NCBI GenBank assembly: GCA_964658305.1
Contig: OZ210884.1
Location: forward strand, 5,952,001-6,016,000
DNA length: 64,000 bases
From: Leptogorgia sarmentosa
Lineage: Eukaryota
Direction of reading: 5' to 3'
Shown here: one piece after another, positions 39,601-50,207 of the stretch
How the letters are laid out: each line of letters opens with the position of its first letter
How positions within the stretch are numbered: the stretch's first letter is position 1
The notes under the pieces: generated by a model
What the model was told of the DNA's origin: nothing
Databases searched by the model: none
The model's input: the letters and a program-made list of their open reading frames with translations, nothing else
Program-made: the position numbers and the translations under genes

Positions 39601-41660
39601 GCATGTGGTAAATAATATTACACCTAGTGTGAAATATTTAACGATCGACGTGTTAACATAGGATATTTGAATTTACTTTGAAAAACCAACTATTATAATA
39701 ATTTTGATATATGTTATAGCGCGCGTTCTTTGGATTGAAATAACGATGCTAATAAACAATTTGTCATGTTCTTTTTCTTTGCAGACAAGGCGATATATCG
39801 GGAGAATGGCTTTTGTTGCGCTTGGTACGACACGAAATGAGTTGGATAAGATGTACGATGAGTTGGGAGACAGCGAAAAGGTTATAAGTGCTTTGCAGGG
39901 TCAAGCTGCCGAAGCAAACATCGATTTTCCTTTGCAAGAAGGTGTGGACAGTGTTTTGTATGAGCTTAGATCCGCTGCTAAGGCTTACACTGAATGGCAA
40001 CCTTCTACGGTATGTTAAATTACTTCAAGTACCTTGCTCATCCATATTCATCTTCAAAGCAAATGCCTAATACTCTAAAAAAGTTAAAAATTGCTCGATA
40101 TTCCGAAGAGTATATATTATGAAGACTTTTATACAGGTCAATTTGTTATTATTTTTGCACAGGTATGTTATGAGGGCACAATAACATACATATGCTGTGA
40201 TGAAACCAATTCCTTTCCACTGTGGAGCTTACAAATGTGGAAATCATTGGTTGAAAGAATGGACTTTTACTACGTTCCGGGAAAACATTTGCAGACGCGT
40301 GACGAAACTCGTGGCAAGATTAGTGGATCTATAATGATGACAACAGCAGCAATGAAGTATCAATCAGCATTTTCCACATTTAACTTCCAGACTGTGAGAT
40401 CCAGGTCACAAGAACGCTTGGTAGAGTCCCTAAAGCAAGGCTTACACATAAGGATGTTGTCAAGTCCAAGTAAGAGAAAATTAAGTAAGAGGCGAAGAAG
40501 AAAATATTGGAAAATTTTCCGTATTTACTCGTAATTACCGTTTGTGCGCCGCCTTCCAATAAGCGCCTAATGTGAGAGCGAAGAACTTAAAAGACGCCGC
40601 CTACGAATGAGCACCACACTCGTTATCTGCACCATGCAGTGTTTATTCGAAAACACTGTCATAAATATTTAAAAAAACTGATCATACAAAATAACTATAT
40701 GACATTTTAATCCTAAATGAACGTGGAAAATTTATTTTCTTGCACTACAATCCTTTTCAGATAAAATAAGTGCATTTCAAAGCCCTGGTAACGGTTCTTT
40801 TTTTTGTTTATATGTAAAGTTTTGCCGCTGTCCCTGAATAAGCGCCGCATCTTAGACACTGAAAATTTAAAGAGCGCCGCCGCGCTCGAACGAGCAAATG
40901 CGGTATATAGTTTTGATACCACAAAAAATTACCTCGTCTTCATCGAATGCCTATCCACTCATATTCTCCATCTTCTACATGTAGGTTCCAACACAACGAT
41001 GAAAGGCATTCTGTGGTTGGATTCCGAAGAAACCGTGTTTTATTTCAAATATGAATCACTTGGATGTCCCAAGATGCGAAAGATTTTTCTCAAAGGTATT
41101 TCTTCGTTCCCGTCAAGTTATATACTTAATATAAATTTTAAGTTAGTTTATACACAAACACAATCTCAAGCACATTTAAATGACTGCCCCAAACACTAAC
41201 ATTTGAAGCACAAGGATATCGTGTCTGCATGGGTACGGGTGACGCCACACCGCCCACACGCTCCGTTTTGTTGACTTGCAAGGAAGAAATATAAACACGT
41301 CTTCGTGTTTTCTTTATTAGTTAACATGATTTTGGCAAGCGGAACTTGCGCTGGCGATTGCTGTTAAAATAAATATTGAAAAACGTTTTTTTGAATTTCT
41401 TATAGATATTAAAAAAAACCTATACATAGATTTGTATTGAATAATACCAATTTTACCTTTAAGATCTGACCAACGTTGTACCTGGTAGACATGTTGATAA
41501 AATCAGGAAATATCATGAAGGCAAATCTTACACTGATTTCCTCGTGTGTATGTTGAGCAACAAAGGCAAGCTTTACACGTTCAGATGTGAAGATTGGGAA
41601 CAACTTAAGAAACTGATCGATGCCTTGGAAGCTCTCTTTGGAATTCCATTTATCCAGTGA
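27596..41660 (+). CDS. Copy B complete gene model: Patched/NPC1-like transporter-KS-AT-DH-psiER-KR-ACP-TE-PH-like, 3,544 aa, 12 exons
   Basis: Exons 27596-27666, 27837-33691, 34072-36603, 37157-37435, 37743-38107, 38210-38581, 39070-39205, 39423-39607, 39785-40009, 40163-40469, 40985-41095, 41464-41660. All introns are GT-AG with compatible phases; total 10,635 nt ending in TGA. Splicing rebuilds motifs across junctions, e.g. QPRGPYYL|AGYSFGG and TKVK|GSVVLHQLS. Confidence 0.85.
27837..33691 (+). CDS. Copy B exon 2: Patched-like transporter, KS, AT and first half of DH
   Basis: Acceptor AG at 27835-27836, donor GT at 33692. GIDD 28903-28914, GFSVDY 30100-30117, KS Cys codon 31027, GHSLG, HPLLG, LNDHKFSGFPDPVIP. 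Confidence 0.92.
33710..33856. mobile_element. Short MITE in copy B intron 2
   Basis: Inverted termini cccagttacac / gtgtaactggg. Confidence 0.45.
34072..36603 (+). CDS. Copy B exon 3: second half of DH, structural KR, degenerate ER, KR N-terminus
   Basis: HPTLIDACFQ, LGFRRTFSEE, TYLVIGGVRGFG, MVLADQL, TKVK; AG at 34070-34071, GT at 36604. Confidence 0.9.
37157..37435 (+). CDS. Copy B exon 4: KR catalytic region
   Basis: DFFIMFSSISGVLGNAGQVAYSAAN (Ser/Tyr/Asn), SVNWGPI. Confidence 0.9.
37743..38107 (+). CDS. Copy B exon 5: KR end and ACP
   Basis: LHKYGIDSIAA phosphopantetheine Ser motif (codon 38048); gaa|GTaagc donor. Confidence 0.88.
38210..38581 (+). CDS. Copy B exon 6: ACP end, acidic linker (D7), TE start
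   Basis: In frame with ORF 38321; VFMVHG; cag|GTaagc donor. Confidence 0.8.
39070..39205 (+). CDS. Copy B exon 7: thioesterase (missing from ORF track)
   Basis: ALYGIG...LAQRYVNLIQKIQPRGPYYL; tttcAG acceptor, GTaag donor. Confidence 0.88.
39423..39607 (+). CDS. Copy B exon 8: TE nucleophile
   Basis: AGYSFGGMVAYEMA (GxSxG) and VFMVDT (candidate Asp). Confidence 0.9.
39785..40009 (+). CDS. Copy B exon 9: TE lid region
   Basis: Polypyrimidine-gcAG acceptor, acg|GTatgt donor, phase 0/0. Confidence 0.75.
40163..40469 (+). CDS. Copy B exon 10: TE His and start of PH-like domain
   Basis: YEGTITYI...WKSLV...VPGKH; a|GTaaga donor. Confidence 0.8.
40537..40905. mobile_element. Degenerate TA-flanked MITE in copy B intron 10
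   Basis: Termini taccgtttg / caaatgcggta, internal repeated (a)agcgccg motifs. Confidence 0.35.
40985..41095 (+). CDS. Copy B exon 11: PH-like domain
   Basis: KGILWLDSEETVFYFKY...RKIFLK; phase 1/1. Confidence 0.68.
41464..41660 (+). CDS. Copy B exon 12 (terminal; missing from ORF track): PH-like C-terminus
   Basis: ttttacctttaAG acceptor; DLTNVVPGRHVDKIRKY...KLYTFRCEDWEQLKKLIDALEALFGIPFIQ*. Confidence 0.68.
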
Positions 41661-42233
41661 GATGTGACTTACCATATAATACCATATATATATTACTTTA
41701 TTGACTTTTTATAGTTATGAACCATTATAAAAATTGGGATAGAATTGGATTAGTAGTATTATCATTGGGGAAAATAGTGTTAGCTACTGTATGCATGGGA
41801 TGAATACGATAATATAATTTCTTGATTGTGGTGAAATAATTGGGCTGAGTAGTTCTTGTCACAAAATGCAATTTAGCATTTTAATTTCTCATTTATATTT
41901 GTGTTCAAATCGTTAGCTCTAAGTACTCATTTACTTCACGCAGGCTATGTGACGAGGCCTTAACATTCCAATCCCAAATTCATTTTTTCATCAAGAGATA
42001 AAAAGTTACTTGTTTTCCTCGTGAACAATTGTTTGACGGTTAGGATTAGGGTCAGGTCAGATTTAAAGAAATGTTCTAGCTGCCTCTAATCCTCAAACAC
42101 GAGGTGATTACAAGCTCGTGTTCACTGAACCACAAATCGGAGGGTTGAGAAATTAACCAGGAACAGGCCATCGGGAGCAATTTACGATTAGAGGGCTGAA
42201 AATCCGTATTAGTGATTACGTTTGCGGAAGGTT

Positions 42234-42523
42234 TGCAAATGCTTTGGAAACGTTCACAATCAGGATGAAGATCCTATGAGACGGCAGCTGCTCTGCCAGT
42301 CCCAGCATTGCAATTCCACGGCTCATTACAAGTTTGAACCATCATTCTTCTCTCAGTCATTGAACATATTGAGCATGTTTTATCATAAGAAACGTTTTTA
42401 TCAAACCAGCTAAACCTGCAGTTGATTCGGTGTGGTTTATATTAGATTTCACGGATCCTAAGCGAAGTATTCGGCTGCTACTATGCCCGGTATACATAGC
42501 GTTGAGGCTCATGGCACTGGTAC
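42234..42523. pseudogene. Scrambled patchwork of KS and KS-AT linker fragments in both orientations
   Basis: Pieces match B 32029-32066 (+), A 2931-3016 and A 3054-3181 (KS on -), and B ~31420-31452 (+). Confidence 0.85.
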
Positions 42524-42750
42524 ACCAAATCAATGTTGATTTGTCGGAACATAAGAGAAAACAAACTCCGAAAATGAACATCTCGTAAACTCAAGATATG
42601 AGCTGTTATAAAACAAGACACAATATTCAAGGTGATATTTCGACTCTATTCCAAAGTCATTGTCAAACCTAAATAATTATTTACAAGCTTGCTATGATCT
42701 TTAGCTTAGACCGGAAGAGTGATAACGTAAATCAGTGAGATGACATGATT

Positions 42751-43640
42751 CTAAGGAAAAACTATAAGTTCCTCTGATGCCTTTAAGCCGCTATTGAGTT
42801 CTGGCTTTTTAAACGTTATATGCAGTGCCTCGAGAAATAACAACAGATTGGAATTGGTGTAATTGAGAGACTGAAGTATTTTAGTATTGTTAGGTACGAG
42901 TTCAGCGTTTGAATAGGAAGAGTTAGAATCATTAAGGTTGTCAAAAAGATTGTTCATGTTGAGTAGGTAGTTAGCAGGAATTTTATCCTTTTTAGAAAGA
43001 AATAGGAAATCTTTTTGGTTTGGTATATCACGATGAATTTAACCGGCTCTGTTAGATTACGTTGAAGTTTTTTAATGAGTTTTTTAATTAAAAAATCACC
43101 TTGCTTACCCAAGAAAGGGATCCTTATCCACATTTTTTGCCTACTGTCCTCTGAATTTTCCAATTTTTGCGGACGCCGTATTTTCAATTTGAGGGTCTTC
43201 ATTGTGATCGACCGCATATCTTTGTTTCAGTTTATGAATCATTGACAAGCGAACATTTGCGTTAAAACCATTCCAGGCCATAAATTTTGAGATTTGCGAG
43301 ATTTGTTTGTTTAGAAAGGCTGAGTTGGTACAAATTTTAACCGCACGGAAAAAGAGATCCACGCAGTTTTGCGTGCCCACGGCTCAAAACTATCAAAATG
43401 TGTATACTGACCTGCGTGTGTGTACATTTTCGAAAAATATCAATGCTCGAACTAGTGATTTCTAAGTTTAAAAAATGTACTTTGTCATTTTCAAAAGTGT
43501 CTACGGTGAAGTTCAGTTTTTTGTCAAAAACTATTAAATCTAGTGAGAACAAGAGGTATATCAGCGGGTTTTATCAACACAATTGTCTCATCAACATAAC
43601 GGCGGTAAAATTTTAGGATGCCGGATCGTATTAAATCATC
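42751..43640 (-). mobile_element. Degraded Penelope-like retroelement (RT C-terminus and GIY-YIG tail)
   Basis: LNFTVDTFENDKVHFLNLEI..IFRK.THT, WIRIPFLG and LLFLEALHI..KKPELNSGLKAS..L.VF spread over several frames. Confidence 0.78.
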
Positions 43641-43709
43641 AACTATGACTTTTTCAAATTTAGTAAGGATGATATCCTGCTAACCGGACTAGCACTTCCA
43701 TGTAATCAC

Positions 43710-44416
43710 CAAGGGCGTCAATCCGTGCCCAAAAAGTAGGGGGGGGGATCATAAGCGTACGGGCTACATTTTTTCAGGGGGGGGCAGAAAGATGTTTGAA
43801 CTTTTACAACCTCTTAATTGCCGGAAACGGCGATTTCCGAGCCCTATAAACTCCACATTCTTGCTCTAATTTTGAAAGTTGAAACCTCATGCACAAATGC
43901 CATTTTCAGGGTTCTGGGGACGAGTTTTACTAAAATAATGCCGCCGAATTTCTTGCCTAAATTATATGAAATTTTTGTCGATGTCGAATGTGTACACGTT
44001 TTATTTTTAATAGCTAAAACAATAAAGATTTGAATCGCAAATGAAATGATTTCTTTAACAATTATATCAATTGTACATACAACGATCAATAAAAACTAAA
44101 GCAAATTTGAACGTGTGTACGTGGCTGAGATCCGTTTATTGCCTTTCCAATTATAGGATTTCATTCGCAGAACTATTCAAAGGCTCCGAATAGTTTTCTT
44201 CTGATCTCAGATTGTTGATTGTACTTCATGTCTTTATCTTATTAAAAGTCTTCGTTCCAACCACAATTCACGATGTATAGCATACAGCATGGGGTTTTAA
44301 GAATTACCAAAAACATTTTTTTTTAACATGATAAAAAGGGGGGGGGGGATAATTAGATATTAGCCCCCCAAACTTCGATGCGTCCCCCCCCCATCCCCCC
44401 AGGATTGACGCCCTTG
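43710..44416. mobile_element. Non-autonomous hAT-type element
   Basis: 15-bp TIRs caagggcgtcaatcc / ggattgacgcccttg; 8-bp TSD GTAATCAC (43702-43709, 44417-44424). Confidence 0.88.
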
Positions 44417-46619
44417 GTAATCACCCCCTCACAATGCAGTTCAATTTTTTACAAGGACCTGTTTTTCCAAAGAATAATAAATATACTGTTATTTTTTACG
44501 GATTTTATTTTTTACAATGCAATGGGCCATAAATGTATAGATAGAGATAACACAACAACACAACATATTTTTGGCGACGTAGCGTGATGACTGAAGAGAA
44601 TAAAAGATCACAGCACTCGGCCTCGTCTGACTGTTATGGGTCTTTCCATGCGAGTGCATTACGATTTTATTTGTATGTGCCTATTACCATAACCAAGGGT
44701 TAGGGTTAGGAGTTCGATTAAGTTGAAGGTTAGTGTGCGGGTTGGATAGAGTGAACAAGAATTTTGATCAATATATAGCCGCCATCGATCTTGAAAACCT
44801 ACCTGTAGTCCATCCCCTTTAGCATGCAACGCCGGATATTGTTAACATTGTGATTTTATACCATTGCGGCATATATCGACATTTTCTATTAAAAGAAGTT
44901 CTTGGCAATTAAGTATTTTATTGGAGCTGCATATAAAATAAAATATACTTGATTTTGTCGAAATAGAGTTATGGTACTTGTGTAAGACTTTTCCGTAATA
45001 AACAGCTCCTATCTAAATAGATATTGGTTATTTTTCATTTTCAAGTAATTAATCTACACTGAAGACAATATATTTCCATTCTGAACCTATACATTAAGCT
45101 GGTTGAGATAAAATGAACTATATTGCCTATATATTGCAATGTTTTGTCTGCTTTGCTTTATGTATGTTCGTATTCTGTTTTGCGTTTGTTTCAATGTTAC
45201 AGGCCACTAACGTAAGTGGCTCACGCTCACAATTTCTCTTGCGCTCCAACTGCCAGTACTTTATACTTTAAAATTACCGATTTTTTCATTACAGACTTTT
45301 CACTGTGAAAATAAACATTAGTTACTGTTAAAGAACAGTGGCAATCAAGCTTGCAGTAGTTTTTACTGTAAAATTACAGATTTTATTTTTATAAATTACA
45401 GCGTATTCGAATTCAGAGCAGTTGCACGGTTGGTTGAATTTAATGAGACGAACAGGCTGCCTGCTGCACAAGTAAATCTAACATACAACGCACCTGTCCT
45501 GATGAACAAACTGATATAATTATGATGCGCATCATAATGCCGACTTAACAAACCTTGAATATGGATTTTTTCATACATACAGTGCATTTCAGCAACTGCA
45601 TGGCTTCATGTAGTACTCAATACTGATAAGAATTCTACACGGAGCTTTTATACACACTATAAAAACGATAATTACACAACAATCAACAATATTGACTATA
45701 TTTGTTTGTCGGCGTGTTCCATCTTTATCGGCTGAATCACCACCAGAATTTTTTTCATTCTGGCGCCTGATAAGAGACACAAAATCTAGCCAACAGACAC
45801 ACATATTGACCAATTGACTGGGGCAAACAATATTGCATATCAGCAGGTAATTTTAATTTCGTGAATAAGTTTCTTAAAAACAAAAGGTACAGTTATACAG
45901 TGCAATCGAACATTGACATTGTTAAGATTAAAGATATTATTCGGGGACGATATATTAAATCAAATTTGATATAAATATGTATTTCAAAGAAAATGGTTTT
46001 TTTTTCATGCATACATACGGATATAGCAAAGTATACCTGTAGACGTACATAGCAACCAAGTTCCTATTTAAAAAATATTAAACGGTTAATGCGGCATGAG
46101 CTTGGGGAATAGATTACCGTCTGGGCGCGTTTGAGGTGCGCCGCTCTTCAAATTTTCATGGAGCTAATCCGAGGCATTTTATTTATGAATGATAACGAGA
46201 ACTGTTAGCAGTGGTTTGAATTGCACTCATTTCAACAGAAGGGGAATGTAATATATTGTTTTTTTAGAATTTATTGAAATGTCTTGAGCTCGCCTTTATG
46301 TTAGCTGTTGACTAATTGTGACAGTGGCGCTCAGAAGAATTGCTACCGTAATTTATTCCAGTCATTTGTGAATTTTTGCCCTATACTTCAGATATTAGTT
46401 CTGGTTTAATAGTTCTAGTTTAACTACTGATAACAAAGTGTTAAAATATTAAAAGCAATGCGTGTCTTGAGAATGAAATAGCAGTGACTTATCAAATTTT
46501 TGCTTGTTAACACCATATTATGATATAGTTGATAATTAAAAATATTGACTGCCATCATAGTATCGCAGTGCGGCATCCGCTCTAAACAATATCACCCAGT
46601 CTACGAATTGCAACCCTCA

Positions 46620-46985
46620 GAACTCAGACATCCTTGTACACTAGATAGATTTTGATTTGTTATTGGGCTACATATAGTGGGAACACTAACGCCTCAATAC
46701 ACATTAAGTACATTGTCATTTTTACTCCTAATTCTCAATTGAACTACATCCAACTTTGCACTTCACTAGCCTCACTCTGACCAAAGGTCTTAATTATCAC
46801 TCTCTCTGATCTTATTGCCTTCAACTTCAGCCTATTCCGAACCTTTTCTGATATATATGTCCGCTGACTGCCACTGTCGAATAGTATTCTAGTACGTACT
46901 AATATAACTTCCTCAGACTCATCCATGGGGAATATATCTGCTCTGGCTGTCTGCAATAATATCCCATTCTTGTCGCAAGTAGTGT
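46620..46985 (-). mobile_element. BEL/Pao aspartic protease fragment
   Basis: ILLQTARA...RILFDSGSQRTYISE...L.L....I.TFG. Confidence 0.75.
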
Positions 46986-47321
46986 GGCCTGCAAAATCCT
47001 GTCTTTTATTTTCCTTATATATTATCTATCAGAAGTACAAATAGAGCAGCAATTGACCAACAATTTGGTTACTATATTTCTGAAAGTTCACACAAGCCAA
47101 TCAGAGGAGACGTTCTTTACTTTACGTTGCGCCAAAATAATCCAATCACATCCCTCCATTCTAACTGCAGAATAATTGTAAAAAATTCCCTGCTTTAGTC
47201 AAAATTTCGCAATCGTTAGTCAAAATCTTTTTGACCAATCAACACGCCTGTAATGGTGGCTAGAGCAAATTGGACCAATCAAATTGCATGATCTAAAAGC
47301 AGATTAGTCAATTTTCATTCG

Positions 47322-50207
47322 AATACCGTTTATTTGACAAATCGGTTGACTGTCAATCGCTGGCTCAATGTGCAAAAACTGATCGAAGTTGAACGCTGGA
47401 GTGTGATGGATTTTGATTGCGTAATTGTAATTTGAGAAGAGTTTCAATCAATTGGAAAATAATTTCGAAACCTTGCTCCATTTTTTTTTCCCATGCCCCT
47501 TTTTACGTTTGTCGCGTGACTAATCAGACTACTCCTTAACTCCTAGATCCGCCCTTGGAGCAAGTCTTAGAAGTGATTTGTTTTAATTTATAACTTTAGC
47601 AGTAGTTCATCTTAAACAATTAATTGAATGTCCAACAACCTCATTATAACTTGAAAGTTTTAAGAAAAAAAATTTGCAATAAAAGCTCGTTGTTTATATG
47701 TCTCAAGACATGGCCTTTCATTGCGTCTTCTTTCTTGTTGATAAAGAATACAACGTTTCAGAATTGAAATACCAGGCGGGAATCTTAATCTAAATATGAA
47801 TATTAGTGCCCAGCAAGCGATTTATAATGCATACATATTAAAACCATTCAGTTTTATATAAAATATATTACTAACGTTTCGTTGCTACATCGCAACATCA
47901 TCAGAGCTGTAATGATAGTGATGTAGCAACGAAACGTTAGCAAAGCGGGTTTGGCTTTAGCGGCTAAAACTGAAAAGTGCAATAGCTACAATTCTGCAAT
48001 TTGGAATTTCTCGAAAGCTTGCAAGTTAGCAACCATATTCAAATATTTGTTTTGTTAAAATTCACCAAAACATAGACATTGTTACAAGAGCCGCTCAAAC
48101 CATTATCCATTCAAATTTTTCCATATCATGAGTCCTTTTTTAAAAACATTTCGCTGGGGGGAGGGGCAAAACAAAGTCTTAGAAGTGATTTGTTTTAATT
48201 TATAACTTTTTAGCAGTAGTTCATCTTAAACAATTAATTGAATGTCCAAATAATTTGAAAGTTTTAAGAAAGTTTTTTTGTAAATTGTGGAAAAATGAAC
48301 GTATGTGATTAATATGTAGCTATAATGGCTTTATATGCATTATATGCATGTTATTGATTATTCCCGATATTGAAGGATAACAGCCACACGATCCAATATA
48401 ACGGATTACACAAAGTATAAAAGGGCCGGACACTACAGCAGAAGTGCTATCCAGTCTGTAGGTTTTTGGATCGCTGGATTCATTCATTCTTTAAAGAAAA
48501 GGTATGTTGATCTGCTTCAATATTTCATCACAACCGTATTAAATTGCCTACAATGTCTTGCACGCACACGCCTAAGAATATATTAATTGCCTGAAATTAT
48601 TCCGAATATCTGAATTGTTCAAAATACAGACGAAATGAATTATTTAAAGTTTGTTTTATTATAATATTAATATCATTCTTTAATGGAACTGCTTGTGCGA
48701 AAGAACCTGGTAAAATTGTTTATATTTTCGTCAAGCATAAAAATAGGCTTTGCGGCAAACTTAATTGTCAAAGTTAATCAAATTGAATGTTTCACGTCCA
48801 CGAAGCCCTACCTTATCTAAAACGACGACCATATGACTGCCTTCTTCCCCACTTTTTTACCATTTCTTGTTCGGGTGATCGACTAATCTGAGATCTTTGA
48901 CGGAGCCTAATTTTGAACACTTGGCTCTTTCAGGCCAGTGTATTTAGATTACAAGCTTGAGATTTTTATGAAGGGCGAAGACTAAATCGACGATAATGCA
49001 CCTCGTTGAACTCTAAGGTGAGCTTAATTAGAATCAGACATACTGTAAATTGTTGCACAAAATAGTAATATAATGCGAGCCAGAAGACACAATTGTTTAT
49101 TGCTTTTTCTAATAGATTATAATTGCATTCTAAATTTACAGGTGACGAAGCAAATGGCAAAATTTCAGAATAATAGTGATGGATCCCAAAACAGGTCAGT
49201 TTGGTTATCGAACATTTTAATTCGTTTTGCCTGACTCCAGTGTTCTAACAATTCCGTCCGGGGGGGATTGTCGGGGGGGATTGTCCTAACGATATTACTC
49301 TCTTTTCAATATCTTGCTTATAACGGGAAATCGCCTGGGTTAAGGTGTTAGTTTAGGGCATCAAAATTACTACGAATGCCGCCCCTTGGGGGAACGGAGA
49401 GAGGGAAAATTTTGTGTGACACCGAGAAACATTGAAAATTTTACTGAAGAAAGATTACGGTCTATATAAATGCACGTTACAAGAACATGATAATTCAAAA
49501 CTGAAACTTTAAGAATGTTGACTGACTTTTACTTGCAGGTTTATTTAACTTCTGAAATAATTGCATGTGACAATTGATAATTCCCATTCGGCCAAGGATA
49601 ATTCTCAATCACTTCAACGACATAAGAATTTATATTCTCATTATTATAACCTTTAATTAAGTACACCCATCGTACCCCGCGGTTTAATTTTTAGCTGCTC
49701 TAACCTTCTGGGGCCAAGGGCCTATGTTGCTTTGTGTACCAGATGTAGTAATATGCGGTTCCTGTTGCCAATAAACTACCCTTGTCTAGATAATAATGTA
49801 AATAAAAGTGAATTCCATAAGATAATTTTAAAATCAGCACAAATGTTACAATTCTATAGCTTTTGGCGCAGAGATACATTCTCGAAATCTTTAATACTGC
49901 ATACGATGATCATAAAAAAAAGTCTTATAAGATTACTCAAATGAATATACTGACAAATATAATTTTAAATAAACGTTAAAATTTCATCGTTATAGCTGTA
50001 CATTGCAGTTCTTGGTCAATTTCGTGCCGATCAGCCTGGTATCACCATGGACGTAGCGACCAACTGAGACCACGTAACAATTTAAGATTAATTAAGACGG
50101 AACCAAGACTAAAATGAAGGAAAATCCCCACAAGAATATGTCTCCAGGAAAGTAGACTAATTTTGCAAATTTTTAACTATAAATATGTATCTAATACACC
50201 CCTCCAG
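47322..50207 (+). repeat. Third copy of the upstream region (distal part), near-identical inverted copy of ~8145-10970
   Basis: For example, ORF-track peptides 48966..49160(-) and 9157..9351(+) are identical; the match resumes at 54803 after the transposon. Confidence 0.88.

Noticed and set aside
41321..41367. Alternative terminal exon after the AG at 41319-41320
   Set aside because: It gives only ~15 aa before a stop, whereas the 41464 acceptor completes a coherent domain. It cannot be excluded as a minor isoform.
27596..41660. Bacterial contaminant MmpL-PKS cluster
   Set aside because: Eleven phase-consistent GT-AG introns, Patched-type motifs and animal transposons on both sides.
44697..44710. 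Telomeric TTAGGG array
   Set aside because: Only about two units, compatible with chance.
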